Assembly: GCA_965261545.1 (NCBI GenBank)
Contig: CBDHDF010000002.1
Coordinates: forward strand, 320,001 to 384,000
DNA from: Bdellovibrionales bacterium
GTDB lineage: Bacteria > Bdellovibrionota > Bdellovibrionia > Bdellovibrionales > UBA1609
Direction of reading: 5' to 3'
Length of the DNA stretch: 64,000 nt
Part shown: positions 10,914-22,090 of the stretch, piece after piece
How the letters are laid out: each line of letters opens with the position of its first letter
How positions within the stretch are numbered: position 1 is the stretch's first letter
Notes under the pieces: generated by a model
Database searches by the model: none
Told to the model about the DNA's origin: nothing
The model's input: the letters and a program-made list of their open reading frames with translations, nothing else
Program-made: the position numbers and the translations under genes

Positions 10914-11558
10914 CTAGAAATCTGTTATATAATTAACTAATTCTTTCTGCTGGTTAATCTTCCATTCATCTAAAGTGGAATCTCCATCTAAATTCGAGGA
11001 GGCAGTGCTTCTAAAGGCTGCCGCATCAGATTCAGCAATGTCACCAGTACCAGTACCTTTTGGTGTTACTGCCGATCCTGTAGTGGTGCAACTATTCTGA
11101 TTCACACTACTTGCGCAATATGCCTTTGAATCTACCTGCTCACCCCTCGCATCAGTTACGCCAGTATTATCAGCCACAGATTTGGTATTCCATGGGTGAC
11201 CGATAGGTAATTTAGTATCATTTTTAGATGCTCCTGTTTTAATGAAATATTTCATATTACCTTCAGGGCTGAATCCAATGACTCCAAATGATGCATGGTA
11301 TGTATTCCATTCACCATGGAAGGATTTTTGGGCTCCATAGGTGGCACCTAGGTTATTCTTAGCTTCTGTTTGTTTGGCTCGTGCCATGAACTTCTGGAAG
11401 TTAGGAATGGCAACGGCCACCAAGACTCCAATGATGGCAACGACAATCATCAACTCAATGAGTGAAAAGCCTTTTTTGTTCTTGAGACTTCTTAAGATTT
11501 TTCTCAAACGGATTTGAAAGCTTTGATTCTTTCTTTTTATACTTTCTTGTACTTCCAT
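10914..11558 (-). CDS. pilA: Type IV major pilin (type IVa, Myxococcus/Bdellovibrio-like)
   Basis: Prepilin cleavage motif KKG|FSLIELMIVVAIIGVLVAVAIPNF followed by ARAKQTEAKNNL; C-terminal Cys pair; purine-rich RBS upstream. Confidence 0.92.
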   Translation of the reverse strand: MEVQESIKRKNQSFQIRLRKILRSLKNKKGFSLIELMIVVAIIGVLVAVAIPNFQKFMARAKQTEAKNNLGATYGAQKSFHGEWNTYHASFGVIGFSPEGNMKYFIKTGASKNDTKLPIGHPWNTKSVADNTGVTDARGEQVDSKAYCASSVNQNSCTTTGSAVTPKGTGTGDIAESDAAAFRSTASSNLDGDSTLDEWKINQQKELVNYITDF

Positions 11559-11789
11559 TAAGCACCCCCTTTATAATCGTTTTATGGTTACTTTTAATTT
11601 ATTGTTGCTTTGACACTACCTAATTTCATACCCCATCTATTAAAATAGTCTACCAGACATTATTACCTTCGACAAGACTTCTTGGAAACTTTAATAGTTT
11701 CTTGAATTTTGATGACTTTAATAAATCATAATACTAAATATATAAATTAATACAATATACTAGTAAGTAGTCGCTCGCCCATCCTCCAC

Positions 11790-14700
11790 ATGGTTCTAAA
11801 TAGCTCTAAGTTAGAGTATATGACTTCCTGTTATAATTTTATGTTGAATTATCCATGGGTTATTGTCAATATCAATAGGGGAGTCATTTTGAGAAACTTT
11901 CATAACAATCTCTACTTAAGTATTATATTTACCACCGGATTTTGTTCCCTTGGATATCAAGTTATTTGGCAAAGGTACTTGAGCGTTCTGGTGGGCAGCC
12001 ATGCAAGGTCGGCGACCATTATTATATCCGTTTTCTTATTGGGCCTTGCTTTGGGTTATTATGTCTTTGGTCGAGTTTCTGAGAAGATAAAAGATCGCTA
12101 TTTGCTTCTCAAGATTTATGGTTTTACAGAGCTTGCAACGGGAGTTTATGCAGCTTTGTTCCCTTCTCTTTTTAAATTCCTGTTAGACTCCCCCCTGTCT
12201 CATACCAATAATTTTTGGATGCATTTAGGGTTTTCGGGGCTTTTATTGATTCCTGTGACTTTTCTGATGGGAGCGACGGTTCCCGTGATGACGACGGTGC
12301 TTCCTGAGAGTCGGCAGAATGTGAATCTCATTCACTCTCGTATATATGGTCTCAATACACTGGGGGCCTTTGTGGGAACTCTCATTTCGGGACTCTATAT
12401 CATACCCAAATTGGGTTATGATCTCTCTTTGTTTTTATTGGGGGCTCTCAATGTTTTGGTCTCATTGTTTTACATTAAAAATGGCCTCTCTGGCCCAAGC
12501 TATGAAAAAGAAAAACCCCAGGTACTGGAGCACAAATTCAATCAAAAACTCCTTTATGGCCTGGGTTTTGTGGCAGGGTTTACCTGTATTGCCCTAGAGG
12601 TTTTGTGGTTAAGGATTCTTGGTTTGACCATTGGCAACTCCTTTATTGTGTTTCCCTTTGTTCTGTCTATTTTTATTTTGATGATTGGCCTTGGTTCGCT
12701 CACCCTCCGTCAAATCAGCCTTAAGAGCTTTCAAAATGGACTTGGCTTAGCTCTTATCTTTTCAGCTTCTACTTTCTTGACAGTGCCCTATCTTCCCTTG
12801 TTTATCAGCCATATCCGTATCAGTTTGGTCAACCACTGGCTTGCCTTTTACCTTTACCATAGTCTTGTGTACCTCAGTTTATTAGTAGTTTTATCTCCAG
12901 CTATATTTTACCTGGGGCGCCTGCTTCCTCTGGTTTATGCTATGATTCAAAAGGATTCTATGGATTATGGTCTCAAGGTGGGCTATCTCTATTTTTTAAA
13001 TACCCTAGGAACTTTCTTGGGGGCTGTAGGTTTGGGCTACCTTGCCTTTCATTTCTTTGATTTAAAAGCCGTATACTTGCTGAGCCTTAGCTTTCTCTTG
13101 ATTTTGGGTCTTTACTTTCTTTGGTCTCGATGGATGCTTCAGGGATTGATTTTGGTTTTGGCACTCTTTGTGTCTTTGGTTCCCTTTTCGAGGAAGTATC
13201 ACGAGGTGGGTTTGTTCAGGCATAGGTCTGTGATGGGTGAGCATTTTAAGAATATCATTTCGCAAACCAATACCCCTCGTGCAGATAAGAAAGTGGGGTA
13301 TCTGGAGGATGGCCCCAATGCCACAGTGGCTGTCTCACATCAGACTTCTAAAGATAGCCCCGGGGCGGATCAAAATAACAAAAATAGAAAAAAAGGAGAG
13401 ATTTCCCCCCTCAAGCCTATGGTAGTTAATGGCAAGCCCATCGTTGTTAGTAGTAAGTCTATGGCTATACCCAAGTCTATCATCGTGAATGGCAAGTCAG
13501 ATGGGAGCAGCGTGGGCGATTATGGCACAACGACGCTTCTTTCCCTTATCCCCTATATGATGACCAAGGGGACTCAGATTAAATCCATGGTCATAGGTAT
13601 TGGCACGGGCATCAGTGCGGGGGTTTTGACATCGGCACAACGGGTTTCTCAAGTGGATGTGGTGGAAATTTCGGGGGCGGTGATTGATTCGGCTCCTTTT
13701 ATGGCTCCAGAAAACTTTCACTTTTTTGAAAGTCCCAAAGCGAGAATCCACAAGGGTGATGCCTTTCAGTTTCTTAAAACTGTGAATGATTCCTACGATA
13801 TTATAGTTTCTGAGCCTCCAAATCCCTGGGTGGTGGGGGTGGAAAATCTGTACACCCACTATTTCTATGACCTTGCAAGGAAGCAACTCACCAAGGATGG
13901 GGTATTTGTGCAGTGGATACATACTTATGCCATGTCTCCCAAAATCCTTACAACCATTCTCAGTCATTTAAAAAGCCATTTTAAAAATGTGACGATATTT
14001 TGGACGGGACTTGGAGATGATATTGCTTTTTTCTCAAGCAATCGGGAGGAGCCCTTTCTCCTGGGAGCAGAGAATGTGGCATGGCCTGCTTCAGGAGGAG
14101 AGGCTTCATTAGGCTCGCCCCCGAGGGGCTCTGAGGCTTCAGGGGAATCGGTGCCCATTGAGCCCGGGGTGAGGGCGATTTTGAACAACCTCCATATAGA
14201 AAGGGTTTCAGATTTGAATTTTTACAAGATTTATAATTCCCGTGAGGTGGATGTGATTATCAAGACCAACTCCTCTTTCGTCCATGAGATTTTCCACCCC
14301 ACCCTCAATAAAGAAGCTTATGGAGCCTTTTACAGTGGCGAGTCTGTGAATACAGCAAGTTTACTGAGCCCTTTGTACAGGAGGGTACTCAACTTGAAGA
14401 GTCATAGGAACGACAAAGACTATAAGAGCAAGAGCCAAAAGAACAGAAAGAAAAGACTGGAGGAGATTCTAAAAAAGGCGTCTTGTGATGAGAAAACAAA
14501 GTATCTTCATTTTCCATGTGCCTTCTTGGTCAAAAAATATAAGTCGGCTCTTAAGAATATAAATAGCTCTGTGGTCCGAAAGCGTGTGCAGTCTTATTCC
14601 ATTTTGAGAGATGAGGGACTGATTCCCAAGGATATCAGCTTTATTCAAAAGGCCATGGAAAATTTGCCCCCCATTGAGAAGAAGAAAGCGGTTTTGCCCG

Positions 14701-14885
14701 TGGCCAATATGGTTGTCATGGAGCTTGTCAAAGAGGGGGAGTTTGACCTTGCCAAGACTTGGATCCACAAGCTTGAATCTGAGGGTTTTCTCACGCCCGA
14801 TGAGTCCCAAGGAATCATCAAAGGACTGGAGCAGAATATCCAAAAGATTCGAGAGGTTCGGGAGATGATGGCTGCTTCGAGGTGA
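11790..14885 (+). CDS. Fused membrane (MFS-like)/spermidine synthase-like protein
   Basis: Many TM helices, then VIGIGTGISAG, VDVVEIS, DAFQFL, YDIIVSEPPNPW, DGVFVQW motifs; the true start may be the TTG near 11889. Confidence 0.88.
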   Translation: MVLNSSKLEYMTSCYNFMLNYPWVIVNINRGVILRNFHNNLYLSIIFTTGFCSLGYQVIWQRYLSVLVGSHARSATIIISVFLLGLALGYYVFGRVSEKIKDRYLLLKIYGFTELATGVYAALFPSLFKFLLDSPLSHTNNFWMHLGFSGLLLIPVTFLMGATVPVMTTVLPESRQNVNLIHSRIYGLNTLGAFVGTLISGLYIIPKLGYDLSLFLLGALNVLVSLFYIKNGLSGPSYEKEKPQVLEHKFNQKLLYGLGFVAGFTCIALEVLWLRILGLTIGNSFIVFPFVLSIFILMIGLGSLTLRQISLKSFQNGLGLALIFSASTFLTVPYLPLFISHIRISLVNHWLAFYLYHSLVYLSLLVVLSPAIFYLGRLLPLVYAMIQKDSMDYGLKVGYLYFLNTLGTFLGAVGLGYLAFHFFDLKAVYLLSLSFLLILGLYFLWSRWMLQGLILVLALFVSLVPFSRKYHEVGLFRHRSVMGEHFKNIISQTNTPRADKKVGYLEDGPNATVAVSHQTSKDSPGADQNNKNRKKGEISPLKPMVVNGKPIVVSSKSMAIPKSIIVNGKSDGSSVGDYGTTTLLSLIPYMMTKGTQIKSMVIGIGTGISAGVLTSAQRVSQVDVVEISGAVIDSAPFMAPENFHFFESPKARIHKGDAFQFLKTVNDSYDIIVSEPPNPWVVGVENLYTHYFYDLARKQLTKDGVFVQWIHTYAMSPKILTTILSHLKSHFKNVTIFWTGLGDDIAFFSSNREEPFLLGAENVAWPASGGEASLGSPPRGSEASGESVPIEPGVRAILNNLHIERVSDLNFYKIYNSREVDVIIKTNSSFVHEIFHPTLNKEAYGAFYSGESVNTASLLSPLYRRVLNLKSHRNDKDYKSKSQKNRKKRLEEILKKASCDEKTKYLHFPCAFLVKKYKSALKNINSSVVRKRVQSYSILRDEGLIPKDISFIQKAMENLPPIEKKKAVLPVANMVVMELVKEGEFDLAKTWIHKLESEGFLTPDESQGIIKGLEQNIQKIREVREMMAASR

Positions 14886-15140
14886 TATTTCTATTAGGGA
14901 CTTTGGTTGATATCCTCTTGGGTTGAAGTGAAGCTTAGCGAGCCAAGACTTACCTGAATTTCAATTGACTTCATGTGTAAATTCCTTTGATTTATCTTCA
15001 ATTCTTTGGACTTCATTGGCAAGCATGGCTTTATTAGGCAAGATGATTGTAGGGAGCCTCAGTATCCTAGGGGAGATGATAAATTACAAGCTGTCATCTT
15101 CAATGAAAAAAGATATGAGCAATTATGCTGGGAGACTCGC

Positions 15141-15914
15141 ATGGATACATCAATTTATTCTGATATGGTTGAATTAGAATATAAGCATTGGTGGTTTATT
15201 GGAAGAAGAGAGATTTTAAGTTCAGAAATATCTCGCCTCGGTATTGACAATAATGCGAATATTCTTGATGTTGGATGTGGCCCCGGTGCAAACCTTATAA
15301 TGCTAGCTAATTTTGGTAAAGTTACAGGCATAGATAGTCATCTTGAGACTCTGAATCATGCAAAAAAGAAGGGTTTCCCAACCATTCATTGCGCATTACC
15401 AGAAATTCCCCCTCTAAAAGAATATTTTGACTTAATTTGTGCCTTTGACATGGTAGAGCATATTAAACATGATCAATTGGCTATTTCGAATCTTGTGAGC
15501 TTATTGAAGCCTAGAGGGAAAATCCTTATAACTGTGCCTATAAACCCATGGATGTGGAGTGAACATGATGTTTATCATCACCATTTTCGTCGCTACACAC
15601 CATCTTCGATTCGATCATTGGTAATGAAATCCGGTTTAATCATTCAACGACAAACTTGTTTTAACAGTTTCCTTTTTCCCATTATTGCAATGAAGCGTTT
15701 GTTAAATGTGCTCACTAAGGCAAGAGGCGCAATGGACCATAAAATACCTCATCCCTTCTTAAATAATATATTTAAGCATATATTTAGGTTAGAAAAATAT
15801 CTACTTCCTTATACGACACTTCCATTTGGCGTAAGCTGTATGATTATAGCAGAGCGTCCACCCGGCAATAATTCTATGGGCGAGATCGGAAATGAAAAAA
15901 ATGGATCAGAATAA
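15141..15914 (+). CDS. Class I SAM-dependent methyltransferase of the type found in glycosylation clusters
   Basis: HWWFIGRR, ILDVGCGPG, FDMVEHI and HHHFRRY motifs; GGAG RBS 6 nt before ATG 15141 (the ORF track extends to 15006). Confidence 0.85.
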   Translation: MDTSIYSDMVELEYKHWWFIGRREILSSEISRLGIDNNANILDVGCGPGANLIMLANFGKVTGIDSHLETLNHAKKKGFPTIHCALPEIPPLKEYFDLICAFDMVEHIKHDQLAISNLVSLLKPRGKILITVPINPWMWSEHDVYHHHFRRYTPSSIRSLVMKSGLIIQRQTCFNSFLFPIIAMKRLLNVLTKARGAMDHKIPHPFLNNIFKHIFRLEKYLLPYTTLPFGVSCMIIAERPPGNNSMGEIGNEKNGSE

Positions 15915-15990
15915 TCTCAGGGTTTTATGCCTTAAGTCATCAAACCAACCTATGATTTTCGATCATTTTTAAGTCAATTCACCACCTGGG

Positions 15991-17961
15991 TCAGCTACGA
16001 CGCTCAAATATTCTCATTCTCAGTGAATCAATAGGTTTTATTTCCCTATAATTTGACCAAGCTTCTTTAAACTTTGGGTCTTCTAAGTAGAAATCCAATA
16101 TATCCGAAGATCTTTGAGGAACTGCAACTATCACAGGTCTTTTAGCTATTTCTATCATAACTTGTTCACGCTCTACCTTCTCAAGTTCATCCAATATTAC
16201 CTGCATTTCTATTGTTCGTTTTTTAGAGCGCAACTTCTTAATTGCACGAAGGTGTCTCTTCGTTAAGTCGATTCCTGCCCATTGAGGTTTGGCATAAATT
16301 GCGTGAAATTTTGGCAAAACATAATAACTCAAAATGAGAAATGATTCATCCGAACCATAGTTGTTGAGAAAGCTAATAAATCGATCCGTTGCGGATCGTT
16401 CTTTTTGCTCCCCCCATGGTTTTTTATTAAAGTTATACCAATACCTTGTCTTCTCTAAATGAAAGGCCATGAGAAAAACTAAAACAGTCGTTGCTATATA
16501 AATTGGTTTAGAAATTTTACTCCAACCTAAGCTCCGGCTACGACCAATGCCCTCCACAATCAGAACAGCCAACGCCATAGTGGCAAGTGCATGCACTGGA
16601 AATCTATGGTAGGGAAATCCCTTTTTTTGTATAAGGTAAGAGATGATAAATCCAAAACCTGAAGCTATTAAAAAATATGAAATTCGTGTCACACACAAGC
16701 GTGAGTACAGAATGGCTGATATAGGGATACCTATAATGCTAATTCCAGCTAGTGTAATCAGGGGTAAATACTCTTCTACTTCGTAAGCCCAATAACTTTT
16801 TAGAACTAGAGGAACAACCTCAAATAAATAAACTCTCTCAAAAGTGAGGAGAATAACTCCATAAGCTATCATTGTCATAACACCAGCGATAAATTCAGGA
16901 CGTCGAAGATAGATCCATCGCCTAGACAGGGTCAGCACAGTTAATTCAACAGCCAATGGAACTCCAAGGAAATAGGGTTTAAGTGCTATACCAATGCCCG
17001 CTATAATACCCACAAGAAGAGACTCCATTTTCATCGTTTTGAATCCATTTAAACGAATCATAGCCGTAATGATATAGGGTAAACTTAAAAGAACTGCAAT
17101 ATATTCTCTCTGTCCCATATTTCCGTTACTGGCTATTAAGAAAACGTAGAATCCTACTAGCACAAGAGCATTGATACTTAGGGATGCTTGCATAGTAACA
17201 GATGCTCGCCTCATCAAGGATAAAACCCATAGTAAAATGAGGGTTGTTACTAGAATCCAGAATGCCTGAAAGACAGTGGCCATGTGAATTCCTGTGATTT
17301 GTGATAAAAAAACAACAGGATACGACAGGTACCAAATTAAGGGAGGATTGTTGTCAATGACATCTTGACCAAAAATGGCCCCCTCCATCAGTCGTTTTGC
17401 AGAATAGGTAATCCAAGCCATATCAGCATATAAATAGCTTCTTAGGTGAAGAAAGAAACCAAGTAATACAATAGCTACTATGGCCATGCTTATAAGCCAC
17501 CTCTTGTGAGGCTGTTTTAATGTCAGAAATTTCATTATAATAAGAATCATAGCAAAAGTCGGGGTTATAAATATCCCTACGCAAGCAATGAAACCAAACA
17601 AAAGAAGTTCATTTCTCTCCAGATCTATTCCTGCTGATTGGGATACAATCATAAATATATATGGTAGAATAAATAGAATAGATAAATAGTTTCCTGCGCT
17701 GAGATACGAATCACTAGATTTAAAGAATATATAACTAGCACCCAACAAAAGAAGACTTGAAGCCATAGATCTTAGATTCCATAGATAGCCTTTATCTGAG
17801 ATCACTAAGAAAGATATCCAAGCAAGAATTGCTGGTAACCACACTATGTAATAATTATTACTATTTGCCGTAGAAAGAATACCCCAAGTAATTATAGACA
17901 TTATAGAAAGTATTGACCATGGGTGAGAAATCATTTTGTTTATGTCATTAGGTAACTTCAA
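15991..17961 (-). CDS. Polytopic membrane protein, probable GT-C-fold glycosyltransferase
   Basis: Many TM segments; loop with YLYADMAW...DVIDNNPPLIWYL and later GQRE and ALKPYF motifs resembling lipid-linked-sugar transferases; adjacent to a GT2. Confidence 0.6.
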   Translation of the reverse strand: MKLPNDINKMISHPWSILSIMSIITWGILSTANSNNYYIVWLPAILAWISFLVISDKGYLWNLRSMASSLLLLGASYIFFKSSDSYLSAGNYLSILFILPYIFMIVSQSAGIDLERNELLLFGFIACVGIFITPTFAMILIIMKFLTLKQPHKRWLISMAIVAIVLLGFFLHLRSYLYADMAWITYSAKRLMEGAIFGQDVIDNNPPLIWYLSYPVVFLSQITGIHMATVFQAFWILVTTLILLWVLSLMRRASVTMQASLSINALVLVGFYVFLIASNGNMGQREYIAVLLSLPYIITAMIRLNGFKTMKMESLLVGIIAGIGIALKPYFLGVPLAVELTVLTLSRRWIYLRRPEFIAGVMTMIAYGVILLTFERVYLFEVVPLVLKSYWAYEVEEYLPLITLAGISIIGIPISAILYSRLCVTRISYFLIASGFGFIISYLIQKKGFPYHRFPVHALATMALAVLIVEGIGRSRSLGWSKISKPIYIATTVLVFLMAFHLEKTRYWYNFNKKPWGEQKERSATDRFISFLNNYGSDESFLILSYYVLPKFHAIYAKPQWAGIDLTKRHLRAIKKLRSKKRTIEMQVILDELEKVEREQVMIEIAKRPVIVAVPQRSSDILDFYLEDPKFKEAWSNYREIKPIDSLRMRIFERRS

Positions 17962-18379
17962 GCTTCATACTTCCCAGTAATATAGGGTTCATTTACATAA
18001 TGTCACTTTTCTGGGTCATGGCTAGGATGATTCATCTGGTTGATTGAGCTAAATAGACTTAACAGATTTATCAGTTTTATCTCTTGCACATTCCCATTTG
18101 CTCACCTCTGCCCCGACCTTGAAGATCAGTTCAGGTTTGTCATCTTTTGTGTTGATTTCTTTATTCATTATACATTCTTTTACCTTGGCTATGGAAGAAA
18201 TTTCTAATATGATGTCTAAACATTCATCACAAATAAGGTACGGAGGGGCGACAAAATTACTTGATAGTTACAGTTCTTGATAAAATCTATACAAAAGTCT
18301 GGCAATACTAATAATAGTCCTTTACGCTACCACAAGCGACAAAATTAAACTATGATAAAAAAACCTTTCAAGGAGTCAC

Positions 18380-19384
18380 ATGAGGGGAGATATAAAAGAA
18401 TCAATTGCAACTCCATTTTTAATGAAATCCGATGGTGTGTATCTATCTTTCGTTATTCCTGCATTTAATGAGGAAGATAACATTAAGGAGGTTATTTCAC
18501 AAATAGGTTTAGAAATGGCTTCCCATAAAGATAAGATATCTTTTGAGATATTAGTTATAGATGATGGAAGTGCAGATAATACTTTTAAAAATGCCATTAA
18601 TATGGGAGAAAATTTTCCTGTTCGAGTGATAAAATTATCACGTAATTTTGGCAAAGAGCAAGCTATCACAGCAGGACTAGAGCGAAGTCGGGGCTCTGCT
18701 GTTGTTCTTTTAGATGCTGATTTGCAAGAACCTATATCTTATCTGTCAGAATTCTTAAGATATTACGAAGATGATTATGATGTGGTTTATGCTGTAAGAA
18801 ATCACCGACGAGATGAATCGCCTTTAAAGCGTATCTTAGTTAAGGTTTTCTATTGGCTCTTGTCTTTGTCCTACGGCAACAAGGTACTTATTCCACCAGA
18901 TGCTCGTGATTTTCGCATTATGGATAGACGTGTTGTGAATGCACTTATTCAACTCCCTGAACGTAATCGATTTATGAAAGGTCTCTATGCTTGGGTTGGG
19001 TTCCGCTCGAAAGCTGTTCCAGTGGAACTGAAGGAGCGTGCGAATGGAGTGTCCAAATTTGGATTGATGAATTATATATATTTAGCGGTGACTGGGATCA
19101 CATCATTTACAACTTGGCCATTAAATCTTTGGATAATCGTAGGATTTCTATTTACATCTTTATCTTTTATTTACGGAATCTGGATTATTATTCAGGAAGT
19201 TCTGTGGGGGATTGAAGGATCTGCATTTATTGCTCTAACTATTTTGATATTTTTTATGGGAGGTGTGCAAATCCTATCAATCGGTATTATAGGAAAGTAC
19301 TTAGCTTGTGTTTATACTGAAGTTAAGGGTCGACCCAATTTCATTATCTCTGAGGATTCGAGTCATACATATTTGAATTCTTAG
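18380..19384 (+). CDS. GT2 polyprenol-phosphate glycosyltransferase (GtrB/ArnC-like)
   Basis: VIPAFNEE, IDDGSAD, SRNFGKEQA, LLDADLQ, DFRIMDR, PERNRFMKGL; two C-terminal TMs; AAGGAG RBS. Confidence 0.92.
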   Translation: MRGDIKESIATPFLMKSDGVYLSFVIPAFNEEDNIKEVISQIGLEMASHKDKISFEILVIDDGSADNTFKNAINMGENFPVRVIKLSRNFGKEQAITAGLERSRGSAVVLLDADLQEPISYLSEFLRYYEDDYDVVYAVRNHRRDESPLKRILVKVFYWLLSLSYGNKVLIPPDARDFRIMDRRVVNALIQLPERNRFMKGLYAWVGFRSKAVPVELKERANGVSKFGLMNYIYLAVTGITSFTTWPLNLWIIVGFLFTSLSFIYGIWIIIQEVLWGIEGSAFIALTILIFFMGGVQILSIGIIGKYLACVYTEVKGRPNFIISEDSSHTYLNS

Positions 19385-19436
19385 ATGAGTTGGTTTACCC
19401 GAATAGAGCATTCGTAAGGAGTGGGACAGTGGGACT

Positions 19437-21968
19437 ATGAAAAAACAGAGATTTCTCTTCTATACAGGGCTTTTCATCACAACTTCCTCTATATTGATGC
19501 TTCAACTCCTTCAGACACGAATACTCTCTGCTGTTACTTGGTACCACTTGGCTTTTCTATCCATTAGTACGGCTATGCTAGGAATGACGGTGGGCAGCAT
19601 TTATGTTTATCTAAAACCAGAAAAATTTATGAAAGAACAATTCTTTCAAAATTTAGCATGGTATTCTATAGCTTCAGCTTTGACAATAGTTTTTGCTTTT
19701 GCTATCCAAATAATTCTCCTTCCTTCTATAAACAGTAGTGGAATCTTAGGAGTTTTAACTTGGGTTCAAATAGTTTTCTTTATGACCATCCCCTTTTTCT
19801 TTTCAGGCATTGTAGTGGCTTTAGCCTTAACTCGAAGTCCTTTTCCATGGGGGCAGGTTTATGCTGTGGATTTACTGGGAGCTGCGAGTGGGGCTATATT
19901 TGTCATTGGTTTATTAAATCACTTTAGTGGACCTCAATCTATTTTGTGGACTGCTACTTTCATGGTTTTAGCAGGCTTATTTTTTACATGGGCTCATTCC
20001 GGGGCTCAAGTCATAAAAGTAAAAGAAGAGAATGTAGAGAATGCAGAAAATCAGAAAGCTAGATCAAGAATTTCCTTGTTGTGGTTTAAAAGTTCATGGC
20101 AATTTTTTGTTCTTGTAGTTGTCTTCGCTCTACTTGGAATATGGGGAGAATATTTTTTTTCTCTCAACTCGGTAAAAGGTGACAGTTCTACATCACAAAG
20201 TCTTTGGCGTGACAAATGGAACTCTTACTCTCGTATCACAGCAGCTCCTCCGATAATTGCAACTCCTCGACTTTGGGGACCTTCGCCTAAATTTGACAAA
20301 AGTCAGTGGAAACTTCCTTTGAGTGATTTACTTATTGATGGGCTCGCTGCTACAGAGCTTTTGGGCCTTAAAGGAAATATCAATCAGGCTGAGTTTTTGC
20401 GCTACGATGTTACCAATCTGGCTTACCACCTGCCATCTCGGGACAAGGTTGCGATCATAGGCGTTGGAGGAGGACGTGATATTTACAGTGCTCTACTTTT
20501 TGAAGCGAAGAGTATTACAGGTATCGAAGTTAACCCAACTTTTATTGATTTTCAACTTGTTGATGATGAAATAAGTTCCTTTGTTGGGTTGAAACAATTT
20601 TCTAATGTGAATCTTATTGTCGATGAAGCTCGTAGTTGGTTTGCTCGTAGTGAAGATCGGTTTGATCTTATTCAAATGAGTCTTATTGACACTTGGGCTG
20701 CTACGGGGGCTGGAGCCTTTAGTTTGACGGAAAATGGGCTTTACACTACTGATGGATGGAAAATCTTTCTTCAAAGTTTAAGTGATGATGGAGTCTTTAC
20801 TGTAAGTCGTTGGTATTATCCCCAAAATAGTGATTTTGTAGATGGAGGACGTATAGTGAGTCTAGCCATGTCGACACTTTTCGAAATGGGTATTAAGAAA
20901 CCTAGAGATCACATTTATTTAGCCACAAGTGGGATTATTTCAACGATTGTTGTTTCGTTGTCTGGTTTTTCAGAGGAAGACTTACAAAGTTTGGATAAGG
21001 CTGCTGAGGAATTGGAGTTTGTGACTCATCTCCGGCCAAACAAGGAAATACAACATGCAGATCCATATCTCAAGGAGATGATCCAGGTTAAAGATATGAG
21101 TTCACTCAAAGAGTATTTACAAAAATCTATTTGGGATTTAACTCCACCTGATGACAATCGTCCTTTTTTCTTTAATCAACTTCCCTATTCTTCTTTAACG
21201 AATCTATTGATGGTGTTGACTGAAAGTCATAAGGGCTTAGTCTCAGGTAATATTAAAGCCACAAGAACTCTTTTATTGTTATTTTTTATCTCACTTCTAT
21301 TTGTTATTTTAACTGTTATTTTTCCCCTTCTACGTGGTTTACGTGGAGTGAGTCCTCTTTTGGCTGTGGGTGGAAGTGCATATTTTATGTTTATTGGTAT
21401 TGGTTTTATGTTAGTTGAGATAGCTTTTCTGCAACATTTTAGTATTTTCTTAGGACACCCAGTTTACTCTCTTTCTGTTGTTCTCTTTTCTCTCATTTTG
21501 TCAACTGGAGTGGGTAGTTTTCTTTCAGACAAGATATCTTTGGATAGTAGTCTTTCCTTTGTGATTTGGTCGCTTCTTATTAGTGGATATCTCTTATCCC
21601 AATCTTTGTGGTTGCCCCATCTACTTGCAGAAAATGAGAGTGCTACTCTCATCATTCGTGTGAGTCTTACAGTATTGATTCTCTTGCCAGCAGGTATTCT
21701 GATGGGCTTTGGTTTTCCTACAGGCATGAAGCTTGTAGAACCCATTGATAGCAAATCCACCCCTTGGTTTTGGGGGATAAATGGAGCTTCTGGCACCTTG
21801 GCCGCAAGTGTGGCTGTTCTTTGCAGTATTTCACTGGGCATTACAACTACGATGAGGTTAGGTGGAATTTGTTACCTATTTCTTATACCTGCTATGTTCA
21901 TTATTCGAAAGTCATCTGAGGGTAGTCATATAGATCGTAACAAAAAAATAGTTACAAAATTTTCATGA
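19437..21968 (+). CDS. Second membrane-fused spermidine synthase/SAM methyltransferase-like protein
   Basis: N- and C-terminal TM bundles around IIGVGGGRDI, IEVNP, DEARSW, FDLIQMSLIDTW and ENGLYT motifs. Confidence 0.85.
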   Translation: MKKQRFLFYTGLFITTSSILMLQLLQTRILSAVTWYHLAFLSISTAMLGMTVGSIYVYLKPEKFMKEQFFQNLAWYSIASALTIVFAFAIQIILLPSINSSGILGVLTWVQIVFFMTIPFFFSGIVVALALTRSPFPWGQVYAVDLLGAASGAIFVIGLLNHFSGPQSILWTATFMVLAGLFFTWAHSGAQVIKVKEENVENAENQKARSRISLLWFKSSWQFFVLVVVFALLGIWGEYFFSLNSVKGDSSTSQSLWRDKWNSYSRITAAPPIIATPRLWGPSPKFDKSQWKLPLSDLLIDGLAATELLGLKGNINQAEFLRYDVTNLAYHLPSRDKVAIIGVGGGRDIYSALLFEAKSITGIEVNPTFIDFQLVDDEISSFVGLKQFSNVNLIVDEARSWFARSEDRFDLIQMSLIDTWAATGAGAFSLTENGLYTTDGWKIFLQSLSDDGVFTVSRWYYPQNSDFVDGGRIVSLAMSTLFEMGIKKPRDHIYLATSGIISTIVVSLSGFSEEDLQSLDKAAEELEFVTHLRPNKEIQHADPYLKEMIQVKDMSSLKEYLQKSIWDLTPPDDNRPFFFNQLPYSSLTNLLMVLTESHKGLVSGNIKATRTLLLLFFISLLFVILTVIFPLLRGLRGVSPLLAVGGSAYFMFIGIGFMLVEIAFLQHFSIFLGHPVYSLSVVLFSLILSTGVGSFLSDKISLDSSLSFVIWSLLISGYLLSQSLWLPHLLAENESATLIIRVSLTVLILLPAGILMGFGFPTGMKLVEPIDSKSTPWFWGINGASGTLAASVAVLCSISLGITTTMRLGGICYLFLIPAMFIIRKSSEGSHIDRNKKIVTKFS

Positions 21969-22019
21969 TTTACCAATGAAATAAGAGCGACGGTGGGGCA
22001 TTTTAATTGTCAGCTAACA

Positions 22020-22090
22020 TTTATTCAAAAAGCCATGGAAAATTTGCCCCCCATTGAGAAAAAAAGGTGGTCTTGCCCGTGGCCAATATG
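22020..22090 (+). pseudogene. ~70-bp remnant of the spermidine-synthase-like 3' end marking the array's left edge
   Basis: tttattcaaaaagccatggaaaatttgccccccattgagaa...ttgcccgtggccaatatg matches ~14640-14711. Confidence 0.8.
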
